Position numbers and translations under genes: made by a program. A stretch of 64,000 bases of DNA from Euglena gracilis. Taxonomy: Eukaryota. The DNA is taken from positions 7,451,425 through 7,515,424 of the forward strand of contig CP154954.1 of the NCBI GenBank assembly GCA_039621445.1, written 5' to 3'. Under the pieces are notes generated by a model. The model did no database searches and had not been told where the DNA came from. It saw nothing but the letters and a program-made list of their open reading frames with translations. Position 1 is the stretch's first letter. Every line of letters starts with the position of its first letter. Shown here piece after piece: positions 26,809-39,500 of the stretch.

Positions 26809-27535
26809 TCTCAACAACCCCTGCAAAGGGTTGGGGGGGGGAGGATATCACAATGGCACACGCGACGCAGGGGCACTGGAAACGTGCTCCTGCCAGGGAC
26901 GCGCCAAAATGTCATCAGGACAAGAAATTATCGGGGGATTCGGCAACCATTCCAAACAATCAGCGTATGGCATAATGTGCAAGGAGAAACCCAAGGGATT
27001 TCGATCCTGAGTGGGCGCGACACCCTTCCATTTTTTGCATTCCCCCAGGTTGGACCCAGGTCAGAGTAATTTTTTTTTTGAATTAATAACAAAACTTTGC
27101 TACCCAATGGAATTTTAAGCATAAGCCGATTTTGGTCAGCACAATTTTCAAGATGGGATTTGTGCCATGCTGAAAATCTGGCCAAACTCTGAAAACATGT
27201 CTCGCGACCGGGGGGGGGGGGGTCGTTGGACACGTGGGAGGTAAGGGGCAGTCAGAGCACCTTGATTGCACACAAAGAGATTTTGGGTGCACAGCACCGT
27301 GACAAGGGGGCCCAGATGAGCTCGCGGAGATGGTTGGTTTCGCTCAGGTGGCCAGCCCCCCTCCGCCGCCAGCCCGCAGGGCTGACGCCCCGGCGGCGAG
27401 CGAGGGGGGCCTCGCAACGCTTTCGACGACGCACTGAGCCGCGCAGTGCGGGGCCGGGGCCCGGAGGAGCCCCGGGACAAATGGGCGGAATAACTACAGC
27501 GGGAGGGGGAGGGTTGGGTTCAGGGATGGCGACGG

Positions 27536-30500
27536 TCACGGGGGAGAGGCGGGCGGTGGGTCATCGGTCAGGGCCACTCGGCCGCCGGCCGGTTGTCAAT
27601 ATCCATGGGAACAAGGCCAGTGCCATGCAGCCAGAAATGGAGTTCTTCAACGCTTGACCACTCTGGCAAATGACTGCCCAGGCACGAACCCCCTCCCACG
27701 CCGGGGACAATAAAACATGAATTGGGATTTAGGTTGATACGGTCAAAGGGTGAATAGTATACACAATTCATAGCTTTGGCAAGTCCCATGCCCACCCAAC
27801 CATCATCATAAACCCCCAAAAATATGTAATTGCTCCCGGCCAAACACTAAAAAAAAGTTTCCTGTGCTGTCTTGGCCACAATCAGATGACATCCAGCTTA
27901 TGAATCACACCCATCATCCAATGAAAGAAAAGGTCGCATCTTGTGCCTTCCACGTCCACCGTCCCTCAGCGGTCGGCGGCCAGCAGCCCAGTGGGTGAGC
28001 CGGCCCGCCTTGCTGACGAAAGCTTCCACTCCTCAGATCGCACGGTGGTGGTGAGGCAGAACTCCACGCCATGGCGTTCATCCAGCCTGCCCCTCAGCTG
28101 TGACTAGGGGAGCTGAGGGGCGGGGGCGGGGGGGGCGGGCGACGGAAAACCATCACTGAAGAGTTGGCTGTTGAGCTGAGACCCAACTCGACAGGAGTTT
28201 TGGTCCTGTCGAGTTGACATGGCTGACATCTGGGCTGGCCAGGGGCAGGGCACAAAAAAAACATCATTCATCAGCAACAACCGAAAACCCCCGACAGAAG
28301 GGGTCATATGCGCCCCCCAACCTACAACCCCCAACCAGGTGGTAATCGCACGACTGGGTGCCAAAAACAACCTAAATTTCAAAGCCACCTGCAACGGCCC
28401 TTACCCTGCACTCTCTGGCTGGGGAGTGGAGGAAAGGTGTCTCAGGGCACAAGCAGCTACGGCCGCCAACAACAGCCTCTGAGTCCCCACCTTTGCTTAC
28501 CATTTTGGGGTTTTTCTATACAATTTTTACAATTTTTACAAAATTTTCACAAATTGTGAACTAAAAAATGCAGAGTACAAACGCCAACAATGGAAACGCA
28601 CCTATTAACTGTGCATTGTTAATAGGTTCGCTTCGGGGACTGCAGAATGCAGACGAAGTCGCTACATCGACAGAAAAATTTTTCTCACAAGGTTTGGGTG
28701 GCCGTCATTTTTTGTGTTTTCCTGTGAGCCGAATTTGCGAAACACAAAGAGCGAAACACAAACATAAAAGGATACTGAAATACGATCCGAAAAGGCCGAA
28801 TACTCTGGCATAATAGTTCCACAATGCAGCCCCAAGGGGTAGCGTGCAAGCATGACAAACTGGCAGGTGCGCGACAATGGCAAGTAACGCCCTGCCCGGT
28901 GTCCCGGGTCACGGCGGCGTCGGACTGGCCGAAGGGCGTGGCGAACTGCTTGCGCAGCTGCTGCATCTCATCCACCGTGTGCTCCGCCTCGTACGCCGCC
29001 CGTGGCAGAGGGCGGCCCAGGTGGTCCCCTTGCCCCAGCGGCACTCCACCGGCACACACACAAACACACACACACACACACATCTGATACAATGCATATC
29101 AATTCAAGGTCAGAATAATTCCCCACAACACCTGGAAAAAATGAACTTGATATGGGTCCATTTGCCAAGAAAATTGTGAATACAAAACGATGGACCTTCA
29201 AGCATTGTTTGCCACAAAAGATTCCATGAAGCGGAAGCTGCAGCAATGCAAAATTTTCACATATGCAACCATGCCCCTGCTCCAAATGCCGACAAAACTC
29301 ATTTCATTGCAGTGCGTTGCGCCTGTCTGCCACCCCCTGGCCATGAGGTTCGCGCGCTGCAAGCAGGGGAATTCTTAAAGACTTTGCAGGGTCAGCCGGT
29401 ACATTGAGAGACTAAAAACTGCTGGCTGGAACCCCTCCAGAGGCTCCAGGGAAGACTGCCAGGCTCGTGGAACAAACATAAATCCCCCAGAAAATTGGGT
29501 CGGAAATTTAGGAATCTGCCGTGGCCCAAAGGGTGAGGCATTGCATCCCAAATTGAGGTTGGTTGATTGGGTGTCGGGTCAGCAGCTAGCCGAAGACCCC
29601 TTTCCTTAAAACTAGCTTGTTTGATTCTTTTGGCCCTGAAGACATAAAAGCCATCGTTTTGAAAGTGAAAATTAAAAGAATCCACAACAAAAAAAAACCT
29701 GTGATTTTAGCGGGGAGGTCATATTTGCCAGTGGACGACAAAAGAGTGGCCAACTGCCTGTGAGGTCAAACCGGACCGGTAATTGGCCACATTTTGGCAA
29801 AACACACAAAGCCATTTTCCATAAGTTTCTTTCATAAATTCATTCATCGCTTTGCAAGAAAATGGGGACACAGCCTCATTTCAACCCCCTGCAGCCCTTG
29901 GGAGCTGTTGGCTCGGGGAAAAGGTGCTAAATGGCTGGCCCCAGGGTCGGTACCGGCTGAGAAATCCCCTGGCCCGAGGTACCACCGCTTCTCCGCTTGG
30001 TCCTGCACTGCAGCGTACGTGTTGCCCATCATTGCGATGAGCAGGTTGTGAGCAGGCGGCTGTAACTGTTCCCTGGAAGGGGGGGGGGTTCGGAGTCAGG
30101 CTTCTTTTTAACCACGGGGGAAGGGGGGTGCCTTGTGCGACTGGGTGCCTGCCCATAGCAGTCCCCCCAGGGTGGGGGTTGGCCCCGGTGTCTGGTGACC
30201 CAGACAAAATGCCCTCGAAATGGCATTTTCGAGCTGGGGGGGGGGGGGGCAAAAATGCAACCAGGGATCCCCACACGTCCGTGCTGGCCGAGGCCAAAAT
30301 GTATCCGTGATTTTCCGTGAATTTCAGTGATTTTCCGTGAATTTCCGTGAATTTCCTGTTTCCGGAAAAGGTCAAAGGCCACATTCCATTCTGCACTGGA
30401 GCCATATTTGGGCGGTTGTGGCAGCAGATCGTTTCTCCATAATATAGTCCTGGAGATCCCCCAGTTCCTATTCACACCAGTATATGAAAAAAAAAAACGT

Positions 30501-33500
30501 ACAGGAGGGGAAAAAACAACCTTTTGTCCTTGAATTTTTTTGGATTGCCCCTAAATGGGTTGCCAAAACCCTGTCAGCAGACCGATATAGCGATTGACCC
30601 TTCCGCATGCAGCCTGGGCGGGAAGGTGGAAAATCATAAAAACCAGACGCCCTCAACTTGTGTGTATTTTTGGAGAACACCTCTGATGCTCTCGAGGTCC
30701 AATTTTGTGACCGGGAGACCAGAATGGAGGAAAACGGCCACAAAATCATCTGTGATTGTCTGGGTGAGGTTTCGCTTAATTCACCGACTCCCAAAAATCC
30801 AACTGCTTCAGTGGAGTGTCCTGGCTAGGAAGAAAAATTACAAAAAAATGAATTGGACGACATTGTCTGTTTGGAAAGGCAGAGAATAAGCAAAGCATCC
30901 CATTAAAATGTGTCTGCACAAACAAAACACATTCAAAAAAAGACCAAAATTTTTTTCCCGAACCCTCCTCCTCATCCGTGAATTTCCGTGATTTTCCGTG
31001 ATTTCCGTGAAAATGGCCTTCCGCCCATTTCCGTGATCCTCCGTGAATTTCCGTGAATTTCCTTTTCAGGACGTGTGAGGATCCCTGATGCAACCCACCC
31101 CAAAATTCGATCCTCCCGAACGAGCCTGCCCAAACCCCCACCCCCTAAAAAGAAGCCTGCTCAGAGTTCATGGGAATGCCCGAATAGCTTCCCAGAGTTT
31201 CTCAGTTTTTGGTTGCATCCAGTGCCTCCTTGAGTGTTTATCTGGGGGGAGGGGTTTGGTTCAACGTCACTTGAAATATGAGTGTAAAAAATGCAAAATA
31301 CAAAAATACATGCAATAAAAAAAGGAAAGAAACTGAAGAACGAGCAGTCTGCCTGGTTCAGCAGCAGGATTACCACCAGAATTATATACGGGAGCAGGTC
31401 CATGGTGGATTGGGATATGGGTCTATTGCCCACGGGTCGCTTCTGCTCCAGTGTTTGCCAGACTCTCACAGTCACAGCTTAAAAAAAAAACTCACGACAA
31501 GGCATGGAGATGACGTCATGAGAAATCAGATGGTAGCAATGGACAAAAAACCACAGCCAGCCTGCAACTTGCACACCCATGTGACCTGGGCAGCGTGAAC
31601 AGCAGCTCGATGAGCAGCATGCGACCCCCGGTGAAACGCTCGTTGTACTCCTTGAACGGGAAATCGCCCACCAGCCCCAGCAGCACCAACTGCCGTCAGC
31701 AGAGGGTAGAGAGAGCCTACCGGAAAAAAAAATGGAATCAGATTGGACCGTGCACCCTTTGGGGCCCTGTGGGTAAGCCTGAAAGAGTGGAGCAGAATAC
31801 TTGAAATCTCGCTGGAGCATAAAACCCTTTGGTCAACCAAAACACCTGCCAGTCGAATAAAAGAGGGATATAATATAATAATATAATAATACAATAATAT
31901 AATAATATAATAATATAATAATACAATAATAAAATAATATAATTATATATTTCTGTTGTGTGTGTGAGAGAGAGAGAGAGAAATGGTAAACTACTATATG
32001 TTCATTCATAAATATTAATTCGTCCTCGCTTGCCCTGATAGTGCAGCCTAGGCGACTGGGGGGGGGGGGTGAATGGTTGGTGTGCTTTGGGAAAAAAAAG
32101 TGGTTGCCCCATCCCACACCCTGGACACAAGCGCTCCGCAAAGGCGTCGAAGCCGCAGTGCTCCGCGCTGGAGGTCAGCATGTGGAGCGACATGGTGAAG
32201 CCGAACAGCACGGCGAGGTTGACGGAGAGGAAGCGCCGGAGGTCGCCGCCTGGACCTGGGTGCCCACCCCCACGGCCCTGCCCTGCCGGTGTACTGGCCG
32301 ACCTGTTTGAGTCAAAACCGTTGGAATGTCGGGGCCCAATCACGAAACTGTCAGGGGCATTGGCAACGGCCACCTTGTCACGGGGAAGTTGTCAGGGTCC
32401 CTGGTATCCTCCCTAATCGGTCGTTATACGGGGGATCGCTTCCAAGCTGATCACTGTGGATGTCCTTCCACACCCGGGCCAGCCCGTACTGCACCATCTC
32501 CTTGATCATGATGACGAAGGGTCCCGTGGACCGGAAGCCGAGCAGTGACAGGGAAACTGCGGCTTTGAAAAGAAATACGAAGGCGAGCACCGCCATTCCA
32601 CAACTGCACGGCCTGGAAGGGCGGACCACCACCTGCTCATCACAGATCCACACCCCTGCGTAAACGAAGACCGACACAAACAAACACTGACATCAACCCA
32701 TCGCAGCACAGCCTCGTACATCGTCACCTAAAAATCGATCAAAAAATGGCGAAGCGCTCTGCACAGGAAGAAGAACACATGCAGCCAGCCAGTCAGAGCG
32801 GCAAAGGCGGCAGTGACATCAACCAGCATTGGCTCTTCCGCGAACCGCGCGCAGCAAGACCTGTGCAGGTGATAGTCCCTGCTTGCCCTTACACCTCCGA
32901 TTTGGACAGTGCTATATATTTTGTCTGCAGGAGAAGAATAAAAACATGTTTTGCCATCACCATTGAATTGCATTCAATTGATTGAAGAAAATACAAATAA
33001 AAAAACAGAAAAAGAAAACTGAAAATTTTAACAGAAAAGAAAATAAAGGGGGGAAATCATTGAGAAAGAATGAGAGGGGAAATGGGAAATTACCAAATCG
33101 ACACCCAGTGCCTTCAGAGGGACTAAAAAACAGTCATTTCTTCAATTGCAAGAGCTTCTCCCTCAATGCGAACTTCTCCCTCCTCCCTGTTACTACAGAA
33201 CCCGATGGTCGCGCTGGGCGGAAAGCCAGGGAGGCCAGGTACAGGCTGCGGAACACATTGCCCAGCGCCGCCTCCACCGACGCAGCGCCGTGGGTCTCCC
33301 GAGCAGGGAGGCGTCAGGGGGGGGGAGGGTTGCTGGGCACCCACGGGACACCCTCTGCCTGAGGGCTGAACAATTAGGCAAGGGGGGGGAGGTTCTCTGA
33401 ATGCCCACGATGCACTTCTCGTTCTCCAGCTGTGACAAATGGCCAACTCTGCCCTGGTTTTAAAGGTTGCGATGCAATACTCGGAATCTGCACCCGCACG

Positions 33501-36500
33501 ATTCGCTGAGGTGCATCGGGCCGTTGGGGCCGTTTTTTTTGACAAGGGATCGTTGGATAGCCGCTGGGAGGCTGCAGGGTGGAGAGGAAAGGGGAATTGA
33601 ACGATGAGTCCTGGCCCGAATTGGCTATTTCCGCGCCGTGACCACACTCGTGAAGGCCCGTACGTCAGCACGGGCTTATGTGCTTGTAGAAATGATAATT
33701 CCAGCTGAACAATTAATAACCAAATCCACAAAGGGTAAAAACAAAAATCATAGGTGCTCCGGAAAGCGACCCATCAACAACGGGATGGGGAGAGGCCAGA
33801 AGTCTCCCTCGGCGACACGCAGTCTGGATGGGCGACAGCTCCAGGCGAACCAGCCTGCCCGCCACATGACAGGCAGCAGGGCAAGCAGCTCCAGCATGCG
33901 GATGACGAGGTTGGCAAGCGGGTGGGCCTAGACCAGAGCTGCGAGGGGGGGGGGGGACTCTCAACTGAAGAGGAATAAACACACTGTGCACCATCAAAAA
34001 GGAAAACCAACAAAAACAGAAAAATACACCAATTTTTTTTCAAAAGTTTTCAACTCATCTCTCTGTGGCTACCGCTCCAGCCTGAATGGTCCTCTGGGCT
34101 GTGACCGGCGCAGCGATAATGGTTGGCGCGCAGGGTAATCCGTGACAAACAGCTACTTCTGTGACTGAGTCCACCAGCAGTCATATGAAGAAGTGATTCG
34201 GGCTGAGGAGTAATCCAAAATCTGACGTGATTCAGGATCGCTTTGCCAGCCATTCCAGATCGCAACTTTAACAAAAAAACATTACATTTATGCACACAGG
34301 GCCTTCCAAAGGAAGCCTCCTCTGGCCGAGACAGCAAACCAAAGAGGTTGCTACGCCAGCGAGATCAACATTGGCAGTTTTTTTGTTTGTAAACAAGACA
34401 CCCAAGAAATTTCGGAGTGGGTTTGCTCAGTGTACTTTCATTGACAAACAGCGTCGGAGGTCCCCTGGACGGGCACGATGCTGGCGGCGGTCCAGGCCAG
34501 CACAGTGCCGAGGGCCACCGCCAGCTTCCGGTAGAACATCCGCTGCCCGAACGCGTCCCACTTCTTGTCCAGCACCTGCCGCACCTCCGCACTGACCACG
34601 AGGTCCAGCCGCGGCGCGTGGCCCCGGAGTTGGTTTAGGGCTGGCTAAAGATGCCGGCTCAGACGTGGACACAGGTCTACTTTGGGATGCTCCTTCCGGC
34701 GCTGACTGGTGCAAAGCTTTTGTCTGCAGGTGACACAGACCGAAGGTAAACAAACAAACTCTGATGTAAGGTTTAAAAAAAACTTTGTAAACCACCATGT
34801 GCCAAAAAAAAAAACAGTCAAACTCCAGTAAACCCCCCAAATGATAACCAGGTTTTGAATAATGCTGAGCTCTTAATGAGATTTGAACGTAATGGAAGGC
34901 CGAAGAGACTAGCATTGCAAATTTTGCACAATTTATAATTTACAAATGACACACTTGCAAATTTACGGTGACTTTCAGAGATTTCAGTTTGACTTTTTTG
35001 ACCTGTTTTTGACCGAAAGTCCATGGGTTTCGGGCCAAAAACGGGGCGCTGGCGTGTCAGAAAACGCTCATTTTCGGATCAAAAACAGGTCTTCCGGGTC
35101 CGGGAGGCCAAAAAAACATCAGGTTTTTTAAACTTTTTTTTACCAAAGATGCCCCCCAAAAAAATTGCCACGCCAAAACGAGCCAAAACTGTACAAAATG
35201 GCCAAAATTGATTTTAGACTGAGCTCTTATCCCTTTATGGGTACCCCTGGGGAAAAGGGGGGCAGACCCCCCCCCCCCCGCCCTCCCCGAACCCCGCGGG
35301 GTTCGGGCAACCTCGGGAACCGGCGGATTACCATGATCCCGCCGGGTTCCCGGAATTTTTTTTTTTCGCGAGCTACTGGATTTCTAATTTCCGAATCACC
35401 CAGACCCAAATAGAAGCCCTTAAAGTGCCCTACCCAACAGTACCTCGATTTCTCCACATAATTGTGGCTGATTTGACCATTTTGTACAATTTTGGCCTAT
35501 TTTGAAGAGCATTTTAGGCCATTTTTGGGTAAAAAAAAAAGTCGAAAAAAAAATCGAAAAAATGTTTTTGCCCGAAGCGATGATTTTCTTGCCTCCCAGA
35601 CCCGGAAAACCTGTTTTCGAGCCAAAAATGAGCGTTTTTCGACACCCCCCGCCCCCTGTTTCTGGCCCGAAACCCATGGAGTTTGGGTCATTACTGGTTC
35701 AAAACAGTCAGAAAATCCAAGAAAATGGGTATGGGGAACATGGGGGGGGGGGTAACATTTCAGAAATAACTATAAAATCACTGAAAGTTACCGTAAACTG
35801 CAGGTGTGCAATTTATAAATCATAAATTACACGAAATTTGCAATCTTTTCGGCTTTCCATTACGTGTCCATCAAGATCTCAGCACTATTCAAAAACTGAT
35901 TTTCGGGTCGATTTTTGACTTCGAAAACTTTGCCCAAATAATAACCCACCAAATAATAAACCTCCCCCTGGACCACGATTTCGAGTGTTTAAATAATAAA
36001 CTGGGGTTTACCTATATTATTTTTTTGCATTATGCCGACATTTTTTGTGTCAAAAAATGCTAAAAATGTGAGCAAAAAAAGACTTACGCGTGCCAACCGG
36101 AACCACTTTACTTGCTCCACGTGACGGGGGATGCGGCTGTCTGCGAGTTTGAGGCACTGTGTAACAGGGCCAGGCAGGGGGGGGATGGGCATCCATCTGT
36201 GGGTAAAATACAATCCGGCCGGCAACACCCAAATCAGGATGTCGAAAAAAAAAATCAAAAACAAAATATGTATAGAAATGTATTGAATTATAAACACATA
36301 CATGCGGGTATGTGTGTGTGTATGTGTTCGTGTGGGTGGGTGGGTGGTGTGTGTTTGTGCGTGGTCATGTGTCAGGCTTCCTTTTAAGAACGGGGGGGTG
36401 CCCGAGGTTTCGATATAAAGGCAGATGGGGGGTCCACAAGGACCCCCCTCCCTATGGTCTGGGACCCCACCTGAACAATGGCACGGTCCGGGCGACCGAT

Positions 36501-39500
36501 TTTCACACTCAAAATGGCCAAAAAAGTGCCACTTTGTCACTCTTTGGACAACAATTTTTCAAAATTGCAAAATTTTTTTCGATGGTAAGCACCGAAAATT
36601 TTGGCCTTTCAGGGGGGGGTAACCCCCCCGGGGTTGGTCTGGACCCACCCTGGCACGCGCCCACTCAGGCCCAGGGGGGGGGGGGGTGGAGGACAATCCC
36701 GACATAAACCCCGTACGCCCTCCTTATACCTGAGCCTGGGGTACCCCCACCCCTGGGGGGGGGGGGGAGGCGGTCAGGGGCCCACTTTGGGGTTTCAATT
36801 ACCCTCCTGGGGGGGGGGGGACCCACCTACTCCCCTTAAAAGTTAAAATCAGGCAGTACTGTTGTCAATATTTGAATACTTTGTTCGCAATTCCACCATT
36901 GACATCTAAATAATAATTGTTTGCCATTCCTTTGTTGTCATTCATTTGAAAAATTGAACCTTATATTTAAAATATCGCATTCTGTGTTTGTTTTTTCAAG
37001 CCTTACCAACTGTTGTTTAAATCATCAACACATAACAAACATTATTCCAGTTTTTGGTTACCGGTACCTTTGTGGTGTGTTCATGGTCAGGACCAAAGTC
37101 AATGAAAGAAATCTAAAAAAAATTGTTCCCCAAGCCTGAGTGGGATTTTGGGCCCCTGAACATAGACAAGCAATGGCAGTCTTCACGGCTACTCCCGTCT
37201 TCGTGTCAATGAACGGCTGCTCAAGGCCTCCAAGGGGAAATAGCTTGCAGGTGATGGGGTCAGCCTGGGATGTCGTGGTTTAGGTCCAGCACCTTCTTTC
37301 CAGGACCCAGTGCTTCCAAAGGTCCATTTGAGGGAGGGGCAATTATGGGAGGGGGTCCAAGGTTAGGCGTAAAATCCTTACCTGGCGGGAAATTGGCAAA
37401 GAGTTTTTGTAACCCAAAGAATGTTGTTTTTGCATCTGTTGCTAGAACATCAAACATTTTCACTGTGTTTCCGAATGGGCTTTTGGGACAATAATCAGCG
37501 ATTTCTCCCACATCATCCTGGTGCTTCGCTCATTTAGTTGATGTCTTAAATGAGGGGTTGATTCTGGACTTTTATTTGGTCAGCCCAGGACGTCTTCCTT
37601 TCGTGGCGGAGGTCTACTTGGTTCATGGTCCATGTCTGAATGTCCCTTCGACTTAAACGTACCTCCTGAAAAATCATGTCTTCAAATATTTTTTTCCAAA
37701 AAATACAGCTTTTTCATGTGTTGAAATTGGCATTGCAAGAGAGATACTGTTTTGCAATGGAGAGAAAACGCCTTTTGGGATGGTTCCAGCAAGAAACTCG
37801 GGCAGATCTCCTGACACAAACAACATAAAAACTCCCCATGTTCCCCCCATCGGTCGACTTTTGCTGCTTGACAAATGAAAAGCACACGGGGGTGGACAAG
37901 AGCAGTGCCAATCATCCAGGCAGTAGGTGCACTGCGTGGGGGGTTGTGAAAGCAAATTTTTCACAGAGCGTCAAAAATTCTCATTGGTTTTTGTCTTTCA
38001 CAGACCAGAGGATCGATTTGAGTGGATACCTCCTCAGGCGAGTGTTTAAAGCGTCCAAAGCTGTACAGGGCCATAATCCCATGCAACGACGGAGGACTTC
38101 GCCAGGATGTGCTCCGGTCAGCCACCGGAAGGCAGATGTTGATGAACCGCATGCTTTTCAACGCTGTTCGCCAAGCTACCTACCCCCCCCCCAGGTCGAC
38201 TGTCACCTCACAGGGTCGGCAGGCACAGGGGACGCTGACAACTTCCAATCATGACAGGTTGGCCGTCCTCAGCAGCTGTCTCTGTATTTCTTGCAAGGCT
38301 GTTCCTGTGATTTTGGTGCTGTTCCTCTCGGCATCACAAACGTCTGGTTGGCTGTTGAACCAAGTGGGGCAGTCATACCCCCCCCCCCCCGGGAAACTGT
38401 CACCTGACAGGTTGGCCAGTACCGAGGACCCTGACAACTTCCTATACTGACAGGTTGGCCAGTACCAGGGACCCTGACAGTTTCCCGGGCGGGACCCTGA
38501 GAGTTTCCCGGGTAGGGCATTTCAAGGGAAAGTCAATGAAAAATGACCCTGGCAGGTTGGCCGGTACCGGGGACCCTGACAACTTCCTATACTGACAGGT
38601 TGGCCGGTACCGGGGACACTGACAGTTTCCCGGGCGGGACCGTGATCAGGCACCTATGGTCACTTCCCATTTTGGTGCACTGGTCGGCCCTAGTCGGCCC
38701 TGGTCGGCCCTGGTCGGCCCTGGTCGGCAAATAGTCGGCCATAGGTGGGGGTATCCTTCACAGAAAAAATGTGAAGGGATGCAATGATTTCCTGAATTGT
38801 CTTGCCAAGATCAAGAGGAAGTGCCCCATAAGGCCTCCACTGGCTCCCCAAAAGCAACCAAAATGACCTAAAATGGCTTGAAATAACCAAAAATTACCCA
38901 AAAAACGCCAACAAAATCCACAAAAGATTGTGAAAAATGACCCAAAATTACCAAAAGGGCGCAAAATGGCCACAATGCCATAAAAAATGCTCAGATTGAC
39001 CCAAATTAGCCCAATATTTGCCAAATCAGTGACAAATAGCCCCCAAATTAGCAAAAACTGGTCCATAATGGCCAAAATGGGTGAAAAACTGGAGATTTGT
39101 GAGAAAATTATCCAAAAACTGGGTTTAGTCCCCCAGGCAACCATCAGGCACATCCACACAAAATCCTCGTTGCTCACACTTTGCATCGGCCACACTACAA
39201 AAGAGCATGCAGCAGACAGGGAAGCACAGAGTCAGTCACGGTGAGGTGAAGGTTAATGTCAGGGTCAAGGTGACAGCACTGTCAATGACAGCGTCACTGG
39301 GCCTCTGCCCTCTCGAGCTTGTCCAAAAAACACCCCTGGCACACTGCCACGCGGGTAGGGGGGGGGGGGCAGGGCATCCATCGGCTGCAGCTGTTTGCTG
39401 TACACAAGGCGGCTTGCGACTCGTGCAGGAATCAGGCACACAAATACAATAGGGGCACTGGAAGGGTACTGCGCAGCTTCCTCCACACTTCCCGGGGGTC

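Larger units (their letters stand above)
1..26830. repeat. Tandem triplication of a ~9.4-11.5 kb unit (b561 gene plus intergenic spacer)
   Basis: Stop codons at 14, 9454 and 20999 (offsets 9440 and 11545). Spacer ~4830-9450 aligns by eye to ~16575-20995 with indels. Confidence 0.95.

Noticed and set aside
38395-38640. Repeats of GACAGGTTGGCC(A/G)GTACC as a CRISPR-like array
   Set aside because: No unique spacers of constant length and no cas genes. The repeats lie within a TIR element in a eukaryotic intron.
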